A DNA stretch of 64,000 nucleotides from Ginglymostoma cirratum (lineage: Eukaryota): the NCBI GenBank assembly GCA_024137785.1, contig JAHRHZ010000009.1, positions 26,969,216-27,033,215 on the forward strand. Reading direction: 5' to 3'. How positions within the stretch are numbered: position 1 is the stretch's first letter; every line of letters starts with the position of its first letter. The notes under the pieces are model-generated. The model was not told the origin of the DNA and searched no databases. It saw only the letters and a program-made list of their open reading frames with translations. The position numbers were made by a program, and so were the translations under genes. Positions 25,001-40,000 of this stretch are shown here, one piece after another.

Positions 25001-28000
25001 AAGTCTCAAATGGATTTAGCCCGAATGCATGAGCTAAAAAGACAGATGAAGAGCTACACCTGATATGATAACCTATCTGACATGTCAGATGCTTCCAATT
25101 TTTCAAAGCTTTTAGCACTTTGGATTTTTGTTTTCTTAGTTTCATTGTTCCAAGCTGCAATGGTAAACACCTGGTGAATTAATATACTAACAACGGAATC
25201 TTCTTTCGTATAGGGATACGAGTAGCACTACTGATCTCAGCAAAACACAACGGGCTTCAACTTTGGACAGACCTACAAGGTAAGATCACGACAACTGTAA
25301 CAATAGCGCTCATAGAAAAATGAGGGTACATTACGAAATCCATGGGTTGTATCTACCCTACAGTAGTTAACTGAATCAGTAGTGAAAGATTTGACATTGG
25401 TTATGGTCAGTGGCAGGTGTGGATTATATTGAAGTAAAAGTCAAGGTTTCAGTTTACAGGAGTTAGGTAATCAGTCACAACATTTATGGTAACCACTGGG
25501 AAATATGAAAGCTTTATTCTCTGTCCACACCACTCTTGGGACTTTGTTCTTGTTTGACAGAATAAATAATTCCTCAAAAACAAAAGTAAATCAAATTAAC
25601 TTCTGCTATTGTAGATTTAGCATGAAGCTGTAGGGAAGTGTTTGGTGAAGATTATGAACATGGGTTAGCAGCACAAAAAAACTTATCATTCCTATTTCAC
25701 CACTTCACATTTCTCCTCTGACATGTCAGAAATGGCTATTGAGGAAAAGTAACGTCTGATTTACATGGCACTAATGTAAGTGCACTGGTTCTTCTGCTGA
25801 CAAATCCATTCTGTTACTGAAGTCTGGATACGGCAACAACAAAACATCTTGCAGTTATGAGCATTGCCTATGTGCCTTTCTGACTGAGACCTTTCTCATT
25901 GTTGTGAGATGAACTTTATTGATCAAAAATAAATATTGATTGTGACATAGCAAGCTTCATCTAGGCTGCAATGATCATCCCCCACATAATCAGATGCTTG
26001 AGATTATTCTTTATCCATGTCTCTTTGTCTGTCCATCTCCCTCTCCCACCTCTTTCATCAAGTTTTATAGATACATCCCACTCGAAACCATCTTCAGCAT
26101 GCGCTCGATTTTTGTCTAGATTACAGCTCCGTAAGGGGCCTTTGACTTCCTTTCTGTTACTGGCTCTATATAATTGCAAGCTGTTGTCAAACTAAATGCC
26201 AAGGTGACAGATCCAACAAAGCAACAGCACTGATACCCAGCGAAGCCTCTATTGCTTATTTTACAAGATTGGTTTTAAGGTATTATGAATCAGCAAAGTA
26301 AATCTGAATTGTGCAATTGTGAGGGAAGTTTTGTGAATACCTGGTTTTCAACTGATACGTTATGCTGGAAGGCAGATATTTTACCAGAATGGTCAAACAA
26401 GGGGAAGAAGACTTATGCTATTTTAATCCCTATGATATGTGCAATGCGCGATCAGACCGTTCACGTAAATTTGTTTAGCCTTGTATGTTTCAGGTATAGA
26501 ACTGTTCTTTTTGTTAGCAGCTCAGAGCCATCCCATAACCTTGATAATAAAGTTGTGCTGAGCCGATACAGATCTGAAGAAGTCCTGAACAGGTAGAAGT
26601 ATCAAATGTGATACCGGCCAGAGTGAAACTCCTGCAAATGACTGAATGCGAGAAATTGTCCCAGCATTTTCAATCACTTTTAAAATAAAGGTTCTTTGGA
26701 ATGATGGAAAGATGCTGTTCATTATGAGTAAAGTGGGCCTGACAATACAGCATTCTAAGACTACTCGTGCTGTATGCCTGCATCACTGAATAATAAACAG
26801 TATAATATTCCCATTCGTATTTAAAGATCATTAATACAACTGGTGCTTCTAAGGGAATTTCCTTTTTAAATAAACTTGTATATTAGCACTGAACTCCAGT
26901 GCATTGGAGCAAACCTATAATGTTTCAAATGGAGCTGCCATGCTACAATGGATAGCATCGCAGACTCTGAACCTGGTTCTGACTCATAACTCAACGACCA
27001 AGGTGCAGCCAAACAGATTGAGGACTAATTCCAACATGTGACAAGTGGGAATGAATTGGAGAGATTCTAGTCAACCATGTGATGGAAGCAACCCAGAGCC
27101 TCTGTTTCAGATTCCAACATGCAAGTAAAAATACATGTTGTCACAGTAACAATGACTGCCAAAGTAAATTGTGACATGCCACTTTGAAGGCCCTGCACTG
27201 ATCTAGTAACACACTGAGTAGTTTCTTTTTTCCATTAAGGCTTAAGGGAGCTAGATGGTTCATGAGTAACACATTCTTTGGACCTACAGTAGGGGCTGGG
27301 AGGGAGATGAGTAAGCCAGAAAGGTAGCATCAATGGACTGTGTGCTAATCTAGAGTCTCCTTTCCCACCCCAAGTGATGTTTGAGAGATTAGGAGGAGTT
27401 GGAGTTGTGGATGAGTGAACTTGCCTATGGCACTGATCAAGACACTTCAGCAGCTCATTAAGAGCTTGCCTTGATCACTTAAAAATTATCATGAGGCCAG
27501 CAGCCTTCAGCAGCTAGCTGATGTAGACCAGCTCAAGGTGGTGAGAATATGGCTGACAGTGTTTAAAATGGAGAAGGTCAACCTATAAGTGGCTGCAAAG
27601 AGACTTACTGGAGGAGAGGAGGCTTATTCCATCATAGGAAAAAGTTTTTAAAACTCTCAAGTTCCTACTCTGTGCAGGTTTTGTGTCTCTACTTATTCTC
27701 TGAAATGTGAAATGTCTCCACTTTTCATTGTATCAAACACAGAATTTACTGGCCATTAGACTGGCCACAGTAGTGACCTCTGAAGCAAGTTGGAACATGG
27801 CTTCCTTATGATGCCTTGCTTTCTCCTTCGTGTGCCTTTAGAGAACCTCTAGAAAGCACTCACCACCCACCTCCAACAATGTCCTTCTCTCCTACCCAAA
27901 TGGTTCCATGGAATTTTTGGCTGCAAAATCAATGCTACCACAAATTATAATCAATTTCTTATCAGATTGGCTAACAGAGACTTTCATCACAAACACCAGT

Positions 28001-31000
28001 TGTATGAATTAGAACATTTAGATCACTGACTGTAAATCAGAATTTGCACTTCTTTTGCTCGTGGTTAATTTGAAGATCACAATTATGCTTTCGAGTGACA
28101 TTTCCTTGTTGATTTGATCAAATTTGTATCTGATGAGCCTGTTACTAAATTTCCTTTTAACAGGGATTTTCATGACATTGATTTATGATCTAAGTTGATG
28201 TCCTTGTACAGGAGCATAGTATAGAAAGTGGGCTATTTCGCCCTTCAGGATAATCTGCTTTTTTGTTAGCTATTGGAGTCTTATTGCTAATTTTCATATC
28301 TCTGCCTCTTCTACACATTTATTATAGCCATTACATCTCAAGTACATAGCACTCTTGTAAATTCTTGAGTTCATTTAGCACCTGAGGTTTTGGAACCACA
28401 TTCATTGAAAGTTAAGAATGTGTCCTTATGAATGTCACATATCGTAATGTCAGTAAATTTTAACATATGCTGAGGGATCAGTCAAATTTACTGATGTGTG
28501 TACTTCAACAAATGCACTGGCATGATAAAATGCTACTGTTGCTGCTAAACACATCTCCCATAGGGGCAGTATTGAGAGTATCAGCGACAACAAAACAGAA
28601 ACAAAATTGTTTAACTATGGCTATAAGTCAACAAAGTTTAAGCGATGATATCATGCAAACATTCAAGGTTGAAGAATTTGTCAACATTCAGCAAATGTCA
28701 AGTAATTTTAAGCATTTGTCTGGCATTTGAAAGTGAAACAATAAGGGAAATATACTTGTGATTTTGAGTTTTCTGGACATCAACATAGACCTCCATATTT
28801 TGTAATGTCATGTAAACACCTGTAGCTTTGTCAATATTCATGTTTTATTGAATAGACTAATTGTACAATATAGTTTTTTGGGCTGAAATTTCTGACAGCA
28901 AATAAAATCTACCCCCAATAATGCAGCAATTGGTGTCCTTTTTAGTTGAGAACATGTGAGCTAATTCTGTAGATATTGACAGCTGTTTGCCATTAATTTG
29001 TGAATATTAGAGAATTATTATAAAAAAGACAATAATAGTTTAACTATTGACTGATAATGTGGTAGGGCTGTGACAGCAATATCCCTGTGAGTTCATAATA
29101 TGGTAAACATCAATTAATTTTGCTACTATTTTTGTCTGGATAAGGAATCCAAAGTAAACTATTAGCAAGAAAATAAAAGTTATTACAGACTGACAATAAA
29201 ACTGCCCTCTGAAAATACATATTGACTTTTTAGTTAGTGGCTACACTTCAGCTTCAATTTCAGCTCCCTGTTTTTAATCAGCTGGGTGTCTTCAAATTCA
29301 CTGAAACCAACATCTCGCAGCTGAGAAATGTACAACATGTATATGGTTTTATTTATTCATGGGATGTGCCTCAATCAGCATTTATTGCTCATGCCTAACT
29401 TCCATGGAGAATGTGGTGATGGGCTGCCTTCTTCAAGTGCTGCAGTCCTCGGTCTCAGGGATGCCCACAGTACTGTTAGGAAGGAAGTTCCAGGATTTTG
29501 ACCCAGCACAATGAAGGAATGATGATACAGTTCCAAGTCAAGGTGGTTAGTGGCTTGGTGGGGAAATTACTAGTGGTGGCTTTCCCATATGTCTGCTGCC
29601 CTTGTACTTCTAGACTGTAGATGTTGTGGGTTTGGATTTGCTGTCTCTTTACGTATATGGTCAGTTACCTATCTAAAGCATTTATAACATCATAAGATAT
29701 CAAAGATGCTTAATTGATGCATTGTTAAACTTTTACTCCAAGCCATTTAAAGAGCTATTAATGCAGATGGCCAAATGTTTGGTCAAAATGTAGGTTCTAA
29801 GGGTTACCTTAAAGAATGAAAGTAAACTAGAGACAAAAGCTTAGGGAGAGGGTTTCAGGCATTTAAGATCTAGGCAGTTGAAGTCGCACCTGCCAATGGT
29901 AGAGTGAGTAAACTCCAAGGATATTCAATATATCAAGTTTGGAAGGTTTCAAGGTTGAAGGCTATTACAGAGAAAAGGAAGAGTAAGGACATGGAGGGAT
30001 TTAAAAGCAAGAATAAGAATCTTAATCAAGACATTGCTTAATCAGGAGGTAATATTGGACAGTGAGTACAGGCATGTTGGGTGAAAAGAATTAGGTATGA
30101 GCTAAGGTGCATTTTAGATGATCTCAAGTTTATGGAAGGTAGAATTTGGGAAATCTAGCCTAGAGCTAACAGAGGCACAAAAGAGGATTTCAGCAGCAGA
30201 GTGCTGCTGACACCTACTCATTGCAACATTCACTGTTTTTTAACGAAACCCAGGATCTTGGCTTCATTCAGCAATCCATTCTAAATAACAATCATCTTAT
30301 GCCTTAAACTTAACAGATATTAACATTTACTATGCAATGTACCTCTGTAGGATCACTTCTCAGATGCCTTCTTTCAATTCATACAGCAGAGATTTTTCCA
30401 GTACAATCAACTTTTGCCAAAGCAGAAAAAAATCACATCTAATCAATGCTGCAATCTTTCTAATCAACACACCTTATAAATTTTATATCTTCGAATTGCA
30501 CTTTGTGAATTTTGAGTTTTTTTCATAATTTTCATGCTCGTAGTGCTGAAAGAATACTGCTTCACTTTCACAGTGATTGATTTTCTCGGCATTTATTTTC
30601 TCTTGCCTTACACAGTGACAAAGGTAGCATCGACATCTCCAGCCCTACAAACAAATATTCAAGTTTGGAAAGAAAGACCAGGTATGATGGAAATTCAACA
30701 GTATCACAGAATATATTTTCCTACAAAAAGGGCTCACTGTTATATTAATTTATAATGAAACTAAACATTAATACTTTTTTTCTTTGGAATGACCATCAAT
30801 CAATGGAGTTTGTGGTCGAACATTTATCTAGTAGGCATAAAACTAACGTGAGGAGCAGTTATTAAAATAAATGCCTGATTGCCATTTTTTCTCATTTTTG
30901 ATTGAGTTAAGCTTTATAAATATGATCTTCACTAAGAAGCGGGTGAAATGTTGTACCTACATTGACATATTTTCCATTAACTAATTGGACAATGTTGCAG

Positions 31001-34000
31001 CCATTGGTTGGCAAATTGCTGTGTTTGGCTCATGTCAGATGGAATTCTAAGAAGTAATAAAAATGTTCACAAGGTTATGCTACCCTGAAGCACTTCTCAA
31101 CTTATGAACTACGTCTCTGAAGTGTAGTCTTGGTTATTTTTTGGGGAAGTACAGCAGTAAACGTACACTGACCTACGCCGAACAAGCAAACGTGAGATAA
31201 ATGACCAGCTATATGCACAGGGGTTGCTGGAAATACTCAAACTCATTTCCAACATGTTTTTAAAATTTCAATGTTAGGCTTTGAGCATCCACAATGCTTA
31301 TTCTTGCAAATCACCATTCAATTTGTTTTGCAGCCAAATGAACAGGAAAGCATGATGAAGCTGTTCTACAAATGTCTGTTGAGGCTATTTTTAACGCCTG
31401 TTTTGCCTCTGCTTCTGAACCTTTTGGGGTGGGGTCGGGTTGGGTTGGATTAGGTTAACATCTTACCCTGATCCACATTAGCGTACAAAGACTGCAAGAT
31501 CAGATCAACAAATTAAAACTGTGGAAACAACTTTGAAGACATAATCACTTGTCAACAAGTAATTATGGAATAACGTATCCCTTGCAAAACTTGTCTTGCT
31601 AACATAAACTGAGTATGCAGCAGTTAAAACGATTAGAACAGCAAAATGGGTTACAATCAAGAGACAAGCATGGTTATCATTTCAGAGAACCTTTTTTGCA
31701 ACATCAGTGTTTGTTTGCAATGTGAATAAATTTCACATGCCAGATTTCTCAAAGACCAGCAGAATGGGTGAAGAAAACAGTGATGATTTTATAAAATATG
31801 AGTTTGGAAATTATTGAGGTTGTTCACTTGCTGGCTGAGCTGGCTTGTTCTCGTTCAGACGTTTCATTACCGTGCCAGGTGACGTCATCAATGGACCCTC
31901 CGATGAAGCGATGTTATTCTGCTCTGCTTGGCGTAGAATAACGTCGCTTCATCGGAGGCTCCATTGTTGATATCATCTAGCATGGTGGTGAAACGTCTGA
32001 ACGAGAACAAGCCAGCTCAGCCAGCAAGTCGACAACCTCACCCACAGCCTGAGCTACAAATCTTTGCCAAAACTTTAAATTTGGAAATTATTGAAAGCAG
32101 TCAGAGGATGATTTCAGAGATAGCTAGTTACAGACAGGGAAAATCTGGAGGAACTATTTAAGCAAAGTAGTGGAACAGTTTAGTTGGAAGCAATGTGAAA
32201 AAAAATGATATGATTGAAGTAAAAAAGCACCCAGCTTTGCTGGTCAAAGACTCTGAAGTACGGATCTTCTTTGAGGCATTATGGACTTGCTATTTCCATT
32301 TGGTTTTGCATGCTAGTATTATATTTACCACATGTAAATTATATTCATCATGCTGTACAAAATGCACCATATAATGAGATAACTTTACGTCAAAATTTCA
32401 CTTAATTTTGATGAATTGTTTGAGATCAGAATTTTATGCTGGATGATTTGTAATAATTAAGCATCCACTTTAAATTTGACATGTGTGTTGTGGACCACAT
32501 GTTATTTAATTAATTGTGATATGAGTAAGCTCAGAAAATAGGTGCATTAGATCCTTGCATCAGACTGAGTAGTATGTGAATAGGTAATGGGATCTATGAT
32601 TTACTTAAGGAGGGATAAACTTGAATTGGAAACAATTTAGAAAACGTTTGCTAGGCCAATTGTCTAGGATAAAAGTGCAGGCTTACATTTAAAGGTTGAC
32701 AAAAGTTGGGCTTCTATTCATTAGGATTTTGAAGAATGTTAAGTGATCTTATTGAAGCAAGATTTTGAAGGGCAAGTCAGGGTAGGTGCTGAGAGAGTAC
32801 TTCCCCCTCCTCATCAGGGAATCTAAAACTAGGGATACTGTTTACTAATACAAGGTCTCCCATTTAAGACACAGATGAGGAGGAACTTTTTCAGAAGTCC
32901 TTAATCTTTGGAATTCTCTTCCCCAGAGAGGAGTAGAGACTGGGATAATTGAATATGTTTGGGGCTAGGTTAGACAGATTTTTGATCCACAATGGAATTG
33001 CTGGTTTTGGGACCAAGAAGAAAGGAAAACTTGAGGCTACAATCAAATCAGCTATTATCCTAGTCAATGCAAAGTAGGGTCATGGAGCCAAATGGATTAT
33101 TCATACTCCTCCTCCTATTTTTTTTATGATGTTACCACTTCACTTGCTCATTTTTTAAAACTGCTCTTGGCTTTCTGTTCTCTTGATATTTAATTTAACT
33201 GAGATGAACTTCTGACATCCCATTGATCAAAACGGCTGCCTACCCATCTACCATTGACAGCCCAACACATGATTCTGTCACCTCCAGGTTCAATTGTGCC
33301 ATTGCTTTCCTGGCGATCTTCACTCCACCCATAATCTTCAGCTCATCCGACATTCAGTTGTCCATATCAAGCACCAGTCTCACTGATCCATCATTTTTGA
33401 ACTCATGAGGAACAATTCTCCTCATGGGAGAGTCTAGGACAAGAGGGATTAGTCTCAGAACAAAGGGGAACCGATTTAAAACTGAGATAAGGAATTTCTT
33501 CTTGCAGAGGGTTATGAGTTTTTAGAACTCCTTGTCACAGAGACCCATGGGGGCAGAGTCATGTATATTTAAGACCGAAATAGATTGATTCTCCTAATAA
33601 TCAAGAATCTAAGATTATGGGGAAAAGGCAGGAATGTGGATGTAAGAAATATTGAATCAGCCGTGACCCCATTGAATGGCAGAGCAGGCTCAAGGGGCTG
33701 AATGACTTACTCCTGTTCTGATTTCTTATGATCTTATGGACTCCCAACAGCTCAAATTTAACATTTCAGTCAATATTTGAATAAGTCTGTGGTCTCAGCC
33801 CCTTCTGTCTTTCTGGCTTCCTCTAGTCATACAACCCTGCTTAAGGGGAGGCAGTGGTCAAGTAGTATTATCACTGGACTGTTAATCCAGAGGCCCAAGT
33901 AATGAGCTGGGAACCCAGGTTCAAATCCGACCACAGCAGATGGTGGAATTTGAATTCAATAACAAAAATCTGAATTTAAGAGTCTAATGATGACCACGAA

Positions 34001-37000
34001 ACAATTGCCAATTGTTGGAAAAAACCCCATCTTGTTCACTAACGTCCTTTAGGGAAGGAAACTGCCATTTTTATCTGGACTGGCTGACATGTGACTCCAG
34101 ACCCATAACAATGTGGTTGACTCTTAACTGCCCTCTGGGTAATTACAGATGGGCAATAATTGCCTAGCCAGCGACACCCTCATCCTGTGAATTAATAAAT
34201 AAAGCTCTTAGCTCTTCTTCCAATCTCTTAAGCATCCTGCCTTTATCTTTCCCACAGTTAGTGGATGTACGTTTTGCTAGCTACGTTCTATACTTTGCTA
34301 TTCCCTCAATAAGCTTTAATACAATTCCCATAAAGTCTCATGCATTTTCCATTTTTCTCATGTTGATGCCCATATTGTTCCGACTCTTATCAAATATCTT
34401 GTGGCAAGGTAAGAGAAATTTGAAAGCAATAAGTCTCCATCCACATAGTACAGGCCCACAAGAGGCAGAAGTTATGGTGAATATTAAATAAATAGACTGC
34501 TTTAAGCTTTTCAAGACTAAAAGGAGGCACAGGATAGATTACAACTGTGCTCCAATCATATTTACTTCTTTAACTCAATGATGTGAGAACGCTAGAATCC
34601 AATATCAACCTCATGACCTAATTTGGCTGGCGCCACACAAAAAGTTGATTTCCTTGGTACTCCTGGGGTGGTTCTTACACTCTCTCTAAATCTGGTTTTA
34701 TACTTCTTTAATATAACTGTCAACCTATTTAAAACTAATGGGTAAATAATGGTGTTATAATAGCACAGACGGAATTTAATGGAAGCTGGGTAAAATTAAA
34801 AGATTAACCTCTTAGTTTTCACGCATAAATTGGCCATCAAGTCAGTTTCTGTATCTTTCACCTTTGATGTTGTTTTTAGAAGCTTTTGTCTTTGTCTTGT
34901 GAATTAACTAACAATAAAACTTACTGAGTATAACCTTGACCTGGGGACATAACACAAAGCAAGCATTTTTGAATCACTTGTCCATTTTGCATCCCTTAAA
35001 TTTAATATCCAAAAATTGCTGGTGAGTTAATCCATTGAACAAACTTAATTAATTATTACCTTCTCTGATGTCTGAAAATAATCCGTAATGTATTGATATC
35101 AGAATCTCATTGATTAGGGTTGCATTGTAAAGATCTTTACACCACGGTTCCATTTAGAGCGCTACCTTCCGCAGTGTCAAGAGAAATTAATTTGTGATTT
35201 AATCTTGTTACTTTAAAACATAGAAAAATAGAAAGAGTAGGCTATTTGGATGTTCAAACCTGCTCTGCCATTCAGTATGAACATACCTGATCAATCAAAC
35301 CAGTACCCTGTTCCTGCTTTCTTCCAATCCTCTTTGATCTCTTTGGCTCTGAGAACGAAGTAGCTATTGAGTACTTTTTCAACCAAGTTTTCTTCTGTAC
35401 AGCATCAGTAAATTAAATTGTTTGCTCTTCAGATTTTATTACTATTTGGAAGCTTTCTCAATTATTTTGTTAGAATGGCTTACCAACTAGCCTTATGCAG
35501 GTTTTCCAATTTATCGCTATTCTCTAGGTTTAAGGTATCTGATGAGTTTAAGAGTTTTACTCGAACAGTTATTGTTTACAGAATTTTCAGTATGAACCAA
35601 ACATTCAAATAAAAGATTAGTCCTGTAATAGAATTATCTGTAGCCCTCAGATTATGATCTTCACTGTGCCTTGTATCATAAGTCGTTTACTGCATCAGAT
35701 TAGCAAGATTCTGAGCTGAACAGTTGATGAAATGGGCTCGAATGATTTGGGTCTATTACCAGATACACTTTCTATAACAATAGGTAATGAGTTCGCAACC
35801 AACATTTTAGGTTCATCATCTAAACAGTACTTTTATGATTGAAGTCAATGAAATTGTTCTGAAAACGTTACTAGACAGTTTTTTTTCTACTTTGTACTAA
35901 TTGCAGGACCTCTTCATACAAAACTGAGGAATTGCCAAAGATGTGAGTGTATTTTTTTTTGATATTTTACAACACATAATTTAAAATGTGTTAGTTTGGG
36001 TTTTGCATGGATAAGGATGTGGTGGTGGGTACAGAAGTTGGGCTTGCCCCAGGGCTATTTAATGATGAGAAGGGCTGTTAATTGGTTTGAGGCAGTCAGT
36101 CCTCCATCATTCGGGAAAAGGCCCCACCTCAAAAGGCAGGTAAGCAGCCTGCCAAGTCAAGTGGCCTGCAGTTTTCTGGTCACTATAGTGCCACTGGGAA
36201 CAGTGATGAATGTGACAGCGCAAGGTGGAGAAAGGATCACAACGAAGGCAGCAAACCATGGTGGTGGGAAGATATTAAAGTGGGCCTCTGATGCAGAGAA
36301 GAGTACTGTAAAAGCATGCACCCACCCTACTTGACTGACCATCTATTGGCAAGTTTTAATAATGGTTTTGAATCTGCTTCCCCATTTCCTACTATCTTCA
36401 CTGCATCGTAAAGTGTAAAGGTTTAATGTTAAATATGAAGTAGACTATCTACGTCACCAATTAGATGGGATCACATTGTAACAGAGTCTACTGATAAATG
36501 GTTTTATGTGAAGCCTCATGCTAAGCGCAGTTCTGCATATTGTTCTTAGACAATAAAAAGTAAAGGAATAAAGGTAGAGTTTACCAATATCCCAAACTTT
36601 CCACTCTCTATCAATGGTAACCAATGACAAAACTAAATTAAGACCCACGATAATGATGCAGACGTCCTGCTTCAATATTACAGACAAACTTATAGGTTTA
36701 GCATAAAATACTCTTACTCAGTCTTTAATTTATACATCACAAGTGCAAACTGATATTCTGTATAATGATAAACTTTCTATATAAACATTAGAACAAAAAT
36801 AATCATTCAGCCCCTTGGCCTATTCTGCCAGATAACTAGGACATGACTAATACCATTCATTGCAAGCCAACATTGACCCATATAATGCTACCTAACAAAA
36901 TTCTATTGATCTGATTGGTGGAAGAGTTTATTGAGCCAGCATCCTCAACCATTTGGGGGATACCACTTCAGAATTCCTCTACACTTTGTGAAGAAGTGCT

Positions 37001-40000
37001 TCAACTTCACTCTTGAATAGATTGCCTCTAATCTTAAGATTATGCCTACCTTGTTCCACATAAAGAAATGTTCTCTAATTATTTTCTTACCCCACCATTA
37101 TTTGTTCATTTTTGAGCTTGTCCAACTCCCTTAAAAATGGAATTAAAACTTGAAAATGCAAATGTGGTTTTTCTCTAATTCTAATTTTGTTTTGGAAGGA
37201 CAATAATTACATCTGAAACAAAAACTGAGAGTCCAATCAGCAAGAGGTAAGGCCACAACTTTTAAATTTTACAGTATCTTTCATTCAACTGAGATTGTGA
37301 ATAGCTTTAATTTGATTTATAATTATTCTTAGTGAGGCAGTTAACGATGATAATCACCCAATTCTATTATCCATGCAAATATTCCAGCTTGATGTGGATA
37401 TCTTTGATTTTGGCTTGCACACCTTAAAAAAGTATTCAAGTCAGGTTGCACCAATGAAGAGTGAAACACTGTCCAATGGTCATTCTAACTTGTGGAAGTA
37501 ATTGTTTCTATGGTCAGAGTTTCGGAAAGTTCAACTTCAAGAAATATCCTACAACACAGATATGTTTTATGCCATGCTTCAAAGATGGCTTTGTTTTTCT
37601 TCTTTCTTAGCCAACAGAGCAGGACCAGTCCTGATGGTCAAGTAACAACGCAGGAAAAGTCACCTACAAAGTAAGCATCAGGGTCCGGTTGTTTTATAAC
37701 TTATTTCACAAAACTTTAAATACTTTCAAAGCTCGTTCATTTTGTATTTTGCCCCTCAAATGCATATATGAAGTTATAGGGCATTGTAGTGAAGTTCCTG
37801 CAGGAACAATTCAATATATAGTATTTGGTTTTCATCGCATGAGTTACAAGTGTCCTTTCATTTCTTCTACAATAATTAACCCCTTAGAGCATGGATAAAA
37901 TCACGAACTCATATCTGACATTCACATTCCCTAAAATCAATACAGGCTTTGTTTGTGCTATGACTGTCAACCTGTGACATTTATAATTCTAAAACTATGA
38001 TAGTTGTGGCGTCAACATTTGGATGGAACACCTGACTCAAATGATTTTCTGGGACCAGAAACACTTAGACGTTTTGTCTTTGTGCGCACAGAAGTGCATA
38101 CCCCAAAGCCTTGTTGCTGCAGAAGTCCAAGTCCATGCTTAACTAGTTTTCACATTTCTACAAAGAACTGATATACAAAAACATTCTCAGAATTTTGATT
38201 TAGAACTCGTCAATAGAAGTACTAAGAGGAAATCTTTCCAAACGTCTCAGCCCATCAATCACAATCAGGACAGACCAACAAGTGAAAATAATAGTTAATT
38301 GAAAATGAATATTGCTGAAAAGTAGACATATTGAAAAAGTTTTCACTTTGCACTCATCAGGACAGATACAAGAATTTCAAATTTCAAACGATCACATTAA
38401 TTTATATTATAGGAGAGCAGAATTGGCAAGTCAAAGCTGCCGGCAAAGGCATTGCCACAGATAAAGAAAGATGAAACTCTCGGCACCCTAGTTCTCTTTT
38501 CTCCAAAGGTTAAATTGTTGTGATCAATTGAAGGTGGGCACTCAACAGGATAAATGCAAGAGAGCCAAATTTGGATTTGAGGGCTAAAGAGCCAGAGCTT
38601 AGGTGTTATATATTACCCACAGACAATAATTTAGCAATTCCTGATCTATATTATTTCATAGCCACTGCCCATTTTCTTTAAGGTCTTTTCATTTCATAAA
38701 TAATTTCTCCAGCGAAGTGCAGGAAGGCAAGCTCTGAGTTCTGATAACTGTCATGTAGCTGCCAATGAGTTGCATGTACAAGTGACTTACAGCAAGAGCC
38801 TGTGCCTTCTGGCACAACATAAAATCTTTAACCTTCTTTTTCCAGACACTCTAACTTCATTTTAGAAAACAAAAAGCTAGATTGACATACTCCTTTATAA
38901 TTTTGTTTATGCGTGACTGATTAAATAATTTAACTTTGTACATTATTAAGCTGTGTCTTCAAATCTGACCTTATCACATTCAGAAACTGACACTCACATT
39001 TTCTCAATTGGCAGGCCAATTTTGAAATGGGGTAGCCAGAAAGAAGAAACCTCAAAAAGTAGCTATGTTCCAAAGAGTTCAACACTGGAACGAAATACTT
39101 CAAAGTGAGAAAATTGAAAACTTTAATTCCGCCTTTTAGAAAGAATTTGTTTTATGCCATTTCACTGATTTTTTTTCTTACTGCATTGTTATTGAAAGAG
39201 AGTATACTGTTCTAATAATAGAAAACAATATATTTCCTTTCTCCACACTTCACTGGTAAGGTCATGCAAGGTATTGGGTGGAGCTGCATGTGTTCCTAGC
39301 CTATTATTTTTCTTTGCCATGGATTTCAGAATGTGAAGTCATTTAATCTCTGATTGTTTGTATGTGCAGTTTGTAGCCAATGCCTATGTCTGCATTGTCA
39401 ACTGGCCAACTTACCATTACCATCATCACAAGATAGTAAGATAGTTATGGTTCTAGAAAAGAAACTTTCCCTCTTTCTTCACTGAAATCAATTATTCTGA
39501 CCAATGCTCTTGTATGGCTAAGCTTCTCGTTTAAAGAAATCATGAGGTTGAATGTTCAAATCCTGCTCAGGTAAGGAATAGGTGGACCCTGAAAATGATA
39601 TAGCCAACTGACATACCAGCTTCCCACTCTGTTGCCCCTATGGAGAAATTTGGTCGATTCCAGTATTGTGCCCAGGATGGTTGACCACACTGCAGGGTAG
39701 GTGGGATGTTTGGCTCACTCAGAACCTTGACCACCAAGTTTTCTGATGCAGTAGGTTTGGGGGATTGGTTTGCAGGTTAACTCCCTAAAGGTGGGCACCC
39801 AGTGACAGACTGGGGTATGCGCATTCAGGAGTATAGGCCTACAGGTCTGTTTTGCTTGCTAGGGCAGGGATAACACCTATAAAGGGTGTGGGACTGCCCA
39901 TTCCCAATGTCCTACCCCAACAACAGTGGCCTCTCAGTTATTTGTCATGCAGCCAGTTGCTTCTCTGAAGCTTCAAGGACTTTGATCATTCTTCAGCTTC

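Noticed and set aside
34258-34266. 9-nt microexon (cag|TTAGTGGAT|gtacgt)
   Set aside because: It would put TAG in frame and has no other support.
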